NCBI RefSeq assembly: GCF_000150275.1
Contig: NW_002060947.1
Coordinates: 2,903,740 to 2,967,739 of the forward strand
Length of the DNA: 64,000 bases
Origin: Trichoplax adhaerens
Lineage: Eukaryota > Animalia > Placozoa
Reading direction: 5' to 3'
Below the pieces are notes generated by a model, which was not told the DNA's origin, ran no database searches, and saw only the letters and a list, made by a program, of their open reading frames with translations. Shown piece by piece: positions 52,901-64,000 of the stretch. A program made the translations under genes and the position numbers. Every line of letters begins with the position of its first letter. Within the stretch, counting starts at the first letter, position 1.

Positions 52901-55900
52901 ATCGGCGTTGCGTGACACGATTTAAGATGAAAACTTTATGCAATTGTAGTAAAATGTGCGTCCAAGAACGTATCGAAATTCGCTTAAACTGCTCTAAATT
53001 GTAAGAATATTGGCCAGTTTGTTTGATCCAACTCTCATAACATTGGGGTTCCAACAAATATTCGGCTCGAATTGAGCCAACCATACCACCTTGTGTTCTT
53101 AAAAACGTCAAAAGGGTCGAATATTGCCAATGTAGATGTGCTGCTTTATCCATTAAATTAGATGGTAGAGGAGAATTAATTGGAATACCAGGCACATGTC
53201 TACCACATAAATGATGAATTAAATCGAAAATGGTTTTAGATTCTCGCTTTCCATTACTACTTGATTCTAGTCGACCTGCACGTGTAACGCTGCTACTCCG
53301 TGCAATAGATATATAACACGATTTAGGCACAATTGTTGGTGATATTCCGCCAGGCCAACCATGAAATGAGTACCACCTTTCTACAGCTTTAACTGCTTTA
53401 GCTAAATAGCTATGACTGGTATCAGTGGCGGCATGTCTATCACGCCGATCGATTTCGTCTTCATCCTCATCATCGCCCTGGTTGTCAATAATGTTAAGAT
53501 TGCTCAATGTGATTTCGGATTCAATACCTTCATCACCTTCAGTAAATGGTGTAATATTGTCGAATATTGAACTAGTATTATCAATAGATTGTTCGTGATC
53601 TGATAATGCTTCACATTTTACTAAAATTGGTTCAACAAAAGGTAAAGGGGAATCTTGCTGATTTCGGATTATATGATGGTCTTTATTTTTGGATGCGATG
53701 AACGGATAAGCAGTCAGTAGGCAATTTTCACCAGTCACGGCAACATTTAAGGTATAGCTAAACAGCAGAAAGGAATTACGTTTATTCGCGCGTTAGATTT
53801 ACTATAGTTGTTAGTAACAGTAGTACGCTTGTAAAACGTATTTCTATTCTATTAGATTAAAGTTGCTAAACTTTTAAAACTGTTTATTACTACCTTACCT
53901 ATTTCCAAAGGAATCCTTAAATTGTATCGGTATAATAGTTGAAACTGGCTTGCTCGTTTGAAATTTAATGATGAAAGGAAGAGAAGAATTATCACATTCG
54001 GCTTTATTTTGAACATGCCCCTGGATCAATCTACCCTTCGGAAATTCAACGCATAAAACCTGAGCTAGACTACCGTCTTCCAATTCACATTCTGGTATAA
54101 AACATTCAATTTCTGTATCCCTGCAAAGCATTAATGCGATCTATTAAAAATGCGATAATTTTATTTTGGTTTTAGCTATCGTCCATATTTACCTATTAAA
54201 TCCACTGGCAATTAGAGCACACGAAGCTACCACTTCAGTCTCAATAGGAGCTGGGCTTAACCAGACTTCTCTAGGTTCAAACTCTATAACTGGTGCTCTT
54301 AGCTCTCCATGTAGCATTAATTCACGCAATGCCTGCCGTTTGTTCCTAACGCAAACCGGTAGCGAAGCGGAATAGATACCAGGTCGAGCTAATGATTATA
54401 AATTATTGTAAATCAAAAGTGTAAGGTCATTAACGTTGGCAAGAGCTAGAACTTGATCTATAATGAGTAAGCTAACTTAAATCTATGATAAATAAATTTT
54501 ACCTGGATTAAAAACAATTCCAAGCAGGCTACTTTCCCCTGGTTTTAGATTTCCATTTTCGAACTGATTACCATCTTTATCCAAGAATTGGAACGCTTCT
54601 AACTGAGGATTGGTAGCCGTATCAATATCCAAGAACCACTCTAATTCATCATCAGTACAGTTGGCGACCATACAGCCCTGAAAGGTAGCAATACATACTA
54701 TTATCTATCATTCTGATTTTAAGACCTAACGTAGATTCTAGGTTAACATTTGCAGATTTTAAAGGACATCTATTCCTATCTAGTAGGATTTAAGAGTATT
54801 ATTATTAGCTGAAATTGATAAGTTTGTGTTATTATTAGCTAGTACCTGTAGAGGTTTATCCATTTGTTCTTCACTAGTATATTCTGCACTTAGTAAAAAC
54901 TCTACGTGAGTGTGAGATAATTGCAAAAGAGGTCGTAAAGCAGTTGCCAGAACATGACGCTTCGGAGTGGCTAACTGAGTTAGGGTGGTAGGAGTATCAA
55001 TACGTGGATAACTATATTTCGATGTAGTTGGCGTTGGTGGTAGTGGAGATTGGGGTGGAGAAGGGGGATTTATTTCGTTAATTGTAACCGGGAGATAAAA
55101 ATCGTATGATGCAACCTAAACGAGATTATTTTAAAAGTGTCATTCTTAAAAGATCTAAATTTCAGTACTATAATTGCGTATTGAATTGACGGCTGAATTT
55201 ACATGCTACATTACTTCTTGTTTCTAGTAAATTATATTTAAGATCGATTAGCTATTTATTCTAATATGTCTACCTCTGATGGATAAAATTGTAGTATATA
55301 GCTGATGACTTCATTGCCGTTCATACTTATCGTATATAAATTTTGATTCCCATCCTCTCTAATCAATTTCTCTAGGAAGGCAAATAGAAATGGATATTAA
55401 TATTAATGCAAGGAGTAAATACTTGAAGATAATTATGGACTAGATAGTATTAACTTAACACTACAATGATAGTAAGTCAGAAAAGTAGACACTCTCTCTT
55501 TGATAAGTATGAGAACCTTAGTAAGCGTACCTCCAGATTCAATTATAAATAATGACAAACACTAACAAGATAAATGATAAGAAAATAATGAAATTACCTG
55601 GATTAGTTTGTGAATCGCACCGAATTTTAAAGTCTCGAAATCTACTCAAGTCGATTGCAACTTTAACCGGTGTATTTGTCTAAAGAAGAAATTTCCAAGG
55701 AGAATTTGTTTGTACGCGTATAAATGATATTAATTGCAAAATTTATAATTCGTGAAGTTGAGATCAAATGAATATTTATCTCATCTTTTACCTTGTTGAC
55801 CAACTTAAATGATTCTTCACCAAAAGATCCACAGTGGATACCACCAAAATAGAATTGTTGCTTTGGGAATTATTAGTAAATAGCAATGAAGAATAAGACA

Positions 55901-58900
55901 TATCCACCACGAATAATAATACAATCAAGCATCTATGCTAACCCCGAATGTTGACTATCATCCTCATACAGCATAACTGCATTGGGGTGTGCAACTCTTT
56001 AGCAATTTATAAGTTAACGTACTTTATCAATGTCAACGCGGGGTTCTTCAACACGTCCTCCAACTCGGAGTGAAATGGTTTTCCATCCGCGAATCTTAAC
56101 ATGTATGCTTGTATCGAATTTCTGAACCACTGTCGGAGTAAAGTCCACCTGAGAAAAGAAAAAAATTTACAATGTGCTTGCATAATTTACTGCTGTAGAT
56201 TTATTTTCTGAATACGTGTAGAAGACGGATATTTTGCAATTAAACTTAACTTTCTATAGATGAGGCTCAGATGCTTTTAGAAGCATGATATAATGCTGTT
56301 AAACTCCTCTGTCAGCTAGTCAATATTATTTCTACTTTATATCCTGATTAACATGTGGGCAAGGGAGGCACCAATACTTGTACCTCCCTGTATCATGTGT
56401 TCAGGTATCACTGATTATACATTGGTAGTCATATCTCATATCTGTATCACTTCTACGTTAATATGAGAATAATTTAGAAGTAACCACATTTCTTTACGTT
56501 AGGATTTACAGAATACTAGATTACTTCCTGACTATACGAGTATTGCTTAATTATAATGCTATACATTATGATGTACTGTAACATACTGATATCAATTACA
56601 TATTTTGTTGAGCTCATAATTACTAGGAGAATACAACCACTATACTAATTGGAGACTACAGATTATAATTATCAAGTGCTCATTTGGATGTACAAAAAGT
56701 AGATCACACTTCAATTTTGTTAATGGGAAACGGTAAATGCTGTTGTAGTACTGAACCCTATTACCGACCTAAAAGCATTTTTCTCTTAAATTGACTGGAT
56801 GTTTCGTTATCTCATGTTAATGCTATACGTACATTATGACATATCTATTAGAAGCTAATGTACCTTAATTTCTGTATATCCTCCTACTGCAACTAATCCA
56901 GATATTGGTGTGATAGTCATGCCTTGGAAAGGATTTGAGTCTACCACCTGTTACAAAATTGTCAAAGTGATAATATTTTTTAGAATAGAATAGTAATTTA
57001 ACATGGGCAATATATTTTAGGCATGCAAAATAATGTATTTTACAAATTAATTTTTAAAAATTTATGGTACTATACTTCAAAATGAGCATGATGCTGTCCG
57101 GTATTTTGCAGTAGAACAATTTTAGTGGTAGTTAAGTGAAGAGGTACCGAACCAAATAAAAGCCTTCTTTCTACAAAAGCGCACTGAGCTTGCCCAAACT
57201 GCAATAAATAGATATAAGGTACATATGTAATCGTATATCCTTTACTAAAATCGAAATGGAACCGTAATCTCGATATAATAATAACTAATTAATCAATACT
57301 TGCCTCACAAGTGCATCTTAGTAATGAATCTGCACCACCTTTAACGGATAGCAAAAACTCTACTTCAGTCGAGGATCTGTATGTTGGATGACAGATAACT
57401 TCACATGCAAGGGTGGAAAATGCTTCAACATAGCCTAGTGAACATGAAACTCAGATTATTGCTTAAGTAAAATGAAAGTAAGTGACTTTAATACTGAATG
57501 CAAAAATATAATATTGAATACCAGTGGCGGGGCTGATGTAGTAAGTTGGTTCTCCGCCTCCTGAGTTGTTTAAAGTCCATTTAAATTGTGCTGGATAATT
57601 GCGCGGATTAGTCACATAGACTAATTCTCGAATACCTTTATAAAAAATATCACCAATACATAAATGTTTTAATAGCTTCTAAAGCTAATGGCAGTTCGAT
57701 TCTCAATTAATTGTAAACCTGCATGTGCTGGCTGTCCAAATTTGGGTTTCAATACAACTTTATTAGTGGACAATTGTAAATCGACACTAACGACATTGGC
57801 GAATAGCACAAGATGTTTCATATGCTTGCGATTAATGTAATAGGTAATATTACTAGAAGAAAATTGAAATGCACTTAAGACAGGGTTGATAAGATTTAAG
57901 CATTTCGAGTGCAAATAATTTACTGATATAATATATGATCGAAATATATCCATTTAAAATATGTACAATATAGGCATAGCATACCGATGATAGCTTCCAA
58001 GTTGATTTGCCTCAAAAATACATTCAAATTGCGCTACACATTTAGGAGGTATAACTTGAGATGCAGGAAATGATTGCAACATTTCAGGGCAGTTATCGAA
58101 CTATACAAATGGTCGAAATACAATTAACTATTGTGCGAATGTCGTTAATTAAGAAAGCGAGTTTGTGGACTAGTACATAGTAAGCACATAATACATTTGT
58201 TAATTCACTTACTTCTAAAGAGAACAGAATATGGTTATCCAGATTATTTGCAACCCGGAGATATTTAGAATTAGTGGATTGTTGACAAACTTCTCCATAA
58301 TCTAACGTTCCTGGAGCTAAATTATAGTTAAACACAAATAAATAATATAAAATAGTTAATGCCGTGGATGTGACATATATACATATATCGCACTGTCTGG
58401 CTATGTTGTGATTCAGTAATGTTTATCATAGCAATGACATTGAGCATCATTCGGTAATTAGAAAGACGTGTTATCCTATGCTCTACTTATAATTAATTTT
58501 AAAATTAAATTTTAAAATGAACGGGAAAAAATTTATTTATGTAGTGGTTATGGAATTGATTGATTACTATCATGTCAATTCCTTACCTAATTTAATCAAA
58601 TGTATTTGAGCAGGCATTAAAGTCCTTGAACAATCGCTGATTTCTTCTTGTGTCACAGGTATAGTTCCCAAGCCTAGCTTTAGGGCCTATAATGTTATAT
58701 TAAGTTTAGTTGATCATAACATCTCATTAAGATCAACATTTATTGACTGCTTTGTTCACTCATTATAAGTACCTCTTCGTTGCCCGTCATATTATGGCAA
58801 TAATCGACAATTTTATTACTTAAGACCATATGATTTTTTTTCGGTTTTTGATTTGAGGCTGGCGTAATACCAGTAATAAAAAAGAAATTTTCGTAATTTG

Positions 58901-61900
58901 ATTTATTGTATCGAAATTGATTAGAGCATTTAGACTAATATATAAAAACATACTTTTAACATCATCATACAGTTCTTTCAATGAAGCTGTAGGAGGAACA
59001 AGCCCTGCTCCTGGCTTTATTCCCAAATCTATATCACTATCAATTTTCTGGTACATTCTAATAAGAAAACATTTTTTAATTGCGTTAGCGAGGCATAAAT
59101 ATTCGATCTTATAGATCTTTAAGTGGAAAATTCAAGTATATAATCATACTGTCTAAGAAAATCGATTAACTCGGGAGCCTAATTTATGGATTAAGGATTA
59201 CAGTGATAGCTAAAAAATTTATTAGCAAATTTCTTAAAATTAGAAAGATTACTTGTCTCGTTGGCGACTTTTTCTGGTATCCCTGAGATCATCAATGTAT
59301 TTTCTATATTTGATGTTATTGATATCTCGCTTTTGGGTTTCTTCTTTGCTTAGTGCATAATCAGGATCAATATAAGTATAGCGATCTGTCCGTGTATACT
59401 TTGATCTAAGTAATCGGACAAAAAGTTGATTAGATTAATATCAAACAACTTTTCTCAATCCAAATATTAGTGATATCGTAAGGTAACGACGTAACTCGCA
59501 TAACTACTTGAAGACTTGACAAAAAAAATTAATCTTAATAACTTTAGAATTGAAAATAAAATAAAAATCTTGTACCTAACGCGGGACCTGGGATCTGCCG
59601 GTCTCACACTCCCTGGTAAATCATTCGGATTCGCAAGTTGGACATCATCTCTGGATCTATTCTTGCTGGCTACTTTACTTTGACTTGAATCTATTTGGAT
59701 ATGACCGTTACTAGTCTTTCCTTGCTGATCACGATTTAGTGCAATACAGTTTACTTCAACATGGATTGGAACAGAATGAATGATTTTGCCATGATTATCG
59801 ATAACGTTAAGGTTAATATTATTTTTATACAATCCAAGTTGCTGAGGGCGAGCAGATATAATTATACTTTGTGATTGTAATGGTCGAAGTTTTCCTTCGC
59901 CTGGATTGGTATAGAAATGAGCAATTTTGCTGAATTTAAATTTTACAGCTAATTCCTTGGATTCATTGGTAATCGTGAATAAAGCATCTGTTCTTTCACT
60001 GACTGTACAACTTCCAAAATCATACTGCATGTCAGGCTTGATAGATAATAGTACAGGTAAGGCACAACCTGTGATGGCGACTTCAATGCCTAAAAAAACA
60101 AGCACGTAGTCATCATAAGAAATAATTAATGTAGCACAGATTTTCGCTGCTATTACGTGTGATTTTAACTGGAATGGAAAGTTACATGGCGTTATAATGC
60201 TAACTTTCTAGATTTAATGTTTTAATCAGGATATCAAATTACCTTTTTGGCCATCCTGAAGTAGCTTATTTTCTTGCTCGCTATTGATTAAATTATTTTG
60301 CACCAATGTAAATTGCATGTAGATAGCGTAATCGCGCCTTGGGGGAGATTGCTGCTTATTTTTGAAGCCAATTGCTGAGTAATGATATTCAGGTTTGAAA
60401 TGGAAATCAATTGCCAGTTTCTCGTAAGGCTTCAAAATTCCTTGATTAGGGGTTGTTGTAATTAGAGATAAGATATCATTTGTACGACCATCATGATGAG
60501 CTTTTTCCGTTAGAGCTTGGGCAGTTGTTAGGCTAAGATCAGAGTCCTAATATAATAAATATGTAAAGTTGATATGCTGTTGATGTAATTACTATAAATA
60601 GAAGATTATACTACGTAAACAAATCATATTATCGCAAAAATGAAATTGTCAAGCCTTAAGCCAAATAAATTGGTGTTAATTTTTAATTCATTAAAATTAT
60701 CATTATTCGATCAAACAACTAAAATTTCTATCTTACAATTGATAGAATTAAAGTGTAGGAGTACTTACAACTTCTTGACCCAATTGGTCTTCTAGCAGAA
60801 TTGCAACAAATTGGATTTCATCAGGACTATTATTAAATAGGATTCCTTGTTTTTGTTGCTGAGTACCGTAATAAGTTGGTCCAAACTCGACACATCGCAG
60901 AGGTTGAGTGTCATCGGGATTAAGCAACATTAATTGACGTCTCATAACCTTGCCTTTAATTGACAATTTACTTTCGGGACGACTTTCTAACATAACACTA
61001 TCGAATGATGGTTGTTAGAATAGAGATTCAAATATGATAAGAAGAGCGAATATGCTACTAATATAATAATATAGCCCTAAATAGTCTATTTACTTATGTG
61101 CTGCAAATCAATAAGTTTAACTAGTTATGCTAAATAACAAGGGTTTGGCCGATAAATTGTTTTAGTTCATTGCGCTATAAATTAAACAGAGCTATTTTCA
61201 AACTATTCAAGGTTAATATACCTGGCATATTCTTCGAATTCGGTAGCTGTATCCGCGATAAAGTTAACCTATCAATGCAAATGTATGATAGTTCAATACA
61301 TATTTACACTTTCGTATTCAATACAAAATTATCGCCTGATAGCAGTAAGATTTCGTCCTACATGATTTACCCTCAATGCTAGTTAAAGACATTACCTCAA
61401 TATCTAATTCGCTATAGGGTTCAACATTGCCTGAACTTGGTTGAATTGTTATTGACTTTGAACCAGCGTAAGATATCTCGAAATGCCCATTCCTTGAACC
61501 TTCATTAATTATTTTAACGCGTTTTTTAAGAATTCTTCCATCAGCAGGTGCAGTACCAAAATCTACGGTTCCTTCAATATGAAGTAATGGTACGGGACAA
61601 ATCCTATAGGATAGCACATTAATAATAATGATACGATACTCTTGTCATATGTATAGATAAATTCTTAAACAAATAAAAGAAATTCAAGTTGCTTGTAGTG
61701 TGGATTGAATCTAATTTTATAGCAAGAGTCATTATTCCTAGTTACCATTAGCTGTATGTCTGATAACTTCCGAGCTAATATTGTTTGTATCGCCGTTACT
61801 CTGACTTACCCTAAAAGCGGTATTTCAATGACATCATCATCTGCTATAAGTAATATGCGATCCTTATAATGATCATCGGCGGCCGGACAATATTCAATCG

Positions 61901-62249
61901 TCGTCTTTATTAGCAAACCAGGTGCGATACATTTTTTATGAAAGTTTGTAGTGAGTTTGAAAACCTGTTAATGTAGGGTTATTAGAAAACTGCGATTAGT
62001 TGATTGATTTATAAATCATATAATTCATCATTCTATCTTAGACGGATTTACCAGCAAGTAACACAATTTTATTATTTGGTGGTTTAGCTTTACCTCCGTT
62101 TCAGGTCCAGAAAAACGAAGTGATTTGGATAATCCACTAACATTTTGTAACGTCAAAGTTTGTTTATAAGTCTCATCCGCAATCGCATCATTGAATTGAA
62201 CCACTGATGGAAATATTTTTATGCCTGCTATTACAGATCCACTATCCAT
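46954..62249 (-). CDS. CFAP47: Cilia- and flagella-associated protein 47 (ASPM-SPD2-Hydin/MSP Ig-like repeats plus calponin-homology domain), ~40 exons, ~3,100 aa
   Basis: N-terminus MDSGSVIAGIKIFPSVVQF..TLTLQNVS. Repeated ASH-type segments (VDFGTAP..KIINEGSRNGHF; VEFGPTYYG..LFNNSP; YDFGSC..ITNES). CH domain SNIYNMSERILLDWLNYHF..WVVNFSDDLMDGLVLACVL in the 2.4-kb exon. C-terminus ends NFVQENLKLTTAGVSSPIKGGPLL. Exon lengths summed by hand give ~9.3 kb. Confidence 0.9.
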
Positions 62250-62439
62250 GATACTTACAACAATCAAATTTCGAAATAAAATGGCTTCAAAATCTGTTGA
62301 TATCTTAAGTAATGATCAGGATTTAATTTATTTTTGTAAGATATCTATTAAACATCGTTACTCTGAATTACGATAGTGCTCTTGTACTCGAACTTGTAAT
62401 TTGCTATCTATACTATGGCAAGCTATGTGGATCATTCGG

Positions 62440-62453
62440 GTTGCCATGACGAC
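62440..62453. promoter_or_regulatory. RFX X-box upstream of CFAP47
   Basis: GTTGCCATGACGAC versus consensus GTTGCCATGGCAAC, ~190 bp upstream of the ATG of a ciliary gene. Confidence 0.7.
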
Positions 62454-63176
62454 GCACGATGCGATCCATCGGTAGTTCTCTATCTGATAAATGGGTTCAT
62501 CCGACGGTTGTATATATAATCATATAAGTTTTATGACGTGTTATCGTTTGTGCACAATAAAGGGAATGCGCATAATATGATTGTATTATGATCGAAGAAA
62601 TTCATCCCGGTGACCGCGATTAAATTAGATTGATCCTCAGTTGCATATGTACTGTACTGTACTTTAACCCATATAATGCACGCTATATGTGAGTATACTA
62701 CAGTCTACCGATAAATCCTGCACAGGACTGGTTTACGGTATAAAATTTATCTTATTAGTAACCCGAAGTATATAACTTATACATGGGTACCCGACAACTC
62801 ATAACTGTTCATTCTTTCATATCCAGTTTATGCGAGCTTTAATTAATACGTATGTACTATATACCGATTTCAAATTAGCGCTTTGTTGACGTACTATTAT
62901 ACCCAACGATTCATAAAAATATCCCTGACTACGATCGAGCTCAAGTGAGCGGGACTTATTTATGTATACTGGAAATATAGTACTGATTTTTATTATTGTA
63001 GGTTAACATTATATTTATATATTATACTGTTCGTGAAGCCACATAATAGTACAACGTATTTGTTAATTTTCATTTTTAGTGGAGATGATGAACTTCTAAC
63101 TGAAGTTAACAATCATAGCAAGTATTAATAATTATAATTAATAAATAAATAACTAGTATTACAAATATATGGCTGA

Positions 63177-63467
63177 TCATAATTCATGAAGGTCATCGAC
63201 GAAGATCATATTTTGTCCATCTTGTACCTCTATGGATTGATAGTTGCGGTACTTGAGTCATAGGATGTGAATAAAATTCGTACTAAAAAGACTCTTAAAT
63301 AGCAATAAGTTCATCAACACCGTACCATCGCTTTGCCATCCATTCATTGTTTGATAATGGTACCTACTTAATTACAATGGAACAAATAGACTTATTTAAA
63401 GAAATGTAGGAAGCATTCTTATTCACTAACTCACAATTCATCAACGAATTGTAACGTTGAAACGTGA
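63177..63467 (-). CDS. Possible last three exons of an unidentified minus-strand gene ending ...FVDDLHEL*
   Basis: Exons 63467-63435, 63363-63326 and 63229-63177 are joined by 71- and 96-nt GT-AG introns and stay in frame: HVSTLQFVDELYHYQTMNGWQSDEVQDGQNMIFVDDLHEL*. Upstream exons were not resolved and no family was recognised. Confidence 0.35.
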
Positions 63468-64000
63468 CTGAAGTTTGATTTATGTTTAGATACTAACTAT
63501 TCTCACTAAAAATTGCTTTACCAAATCTATCTAGTTCACTTTCTGCAGCAAGATAAATTACTATAGATATCGAACGTTATCAGTAAGAAGTTACTAGAGT
63601 ACAAATTACTGTCTGTATTTCTATAATATAAATACATCTAGTAACGCTGTAACAACAACAACTACTAATGACTCAAAGTAATAATGATATCGACAATCTA
63701 AATACGAACGTTCGTATATAGAGACGCACTGAGATGTGAACGCCCATCGGATTTAAAAATGTTGATAAAACTAACAGTTTAACCTCGTAGCACTTCTAAT
63801 CGTATTTCTTTGTAAATGAAGCTTTGTTCTAATGGCAATGAAGACGTAATCAATGCACGGCGTACATTTGCATTTATAAATACATTTCGTATTTATATAG
63901 GGCAAACTAGTGAAATAATTTCGATATCTATACTGTAAGTCATTGCTAAAGTACATCCGATATCAGAATGTCATGTAGTAAATATTCATAGAGTATTTTC

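Overview
AT-rich (~30-33% GC by eye) animal genomic DNA with many 60-100 nt GT-AG introns. It is most likely placozoan (Trichoplax-like), judging from the abundant ACAGT/TACTG pentamer arrays, compact introns and an expanded-type LRR-GPCR; the species is inferred, not verified. Gene order: HUNK-like kinase (-, 458-3351); a giant ~48-exon LRR-GPCR with ~45 single-LRR exons and an RXFP/GRL101-type hinge and 7TM (+, 6994-28253); TACWG repeat arrays; ARID1 (+, 30615-37345); COX17 (-, 39424-40246, missed by the ORF track); a 79-aa ORF with a canonical BH3 motif and a BIM-like C-terminal tail (-, 43676-43915); full-length CFAP47 (-, 46954-62249) with an upstream RFX X-box; and possibly the last exons of a further minus-strand gene. 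Top findings: (1) a candidate BIM-like BH3-only apoptosis initiator with a near-perfect p53 response element ~0.9 kb downstream; (2) a local duplication showing that the TACWG arrays change by TA-flanked CAG/CTG units identical to Tc1/Sleeping Beauty excision footprints; (3) a receptor whose all-phase-2 one-LRR exons permit combinatorial splicing and carry paired cysteines. All exon coordinates were read by hand.
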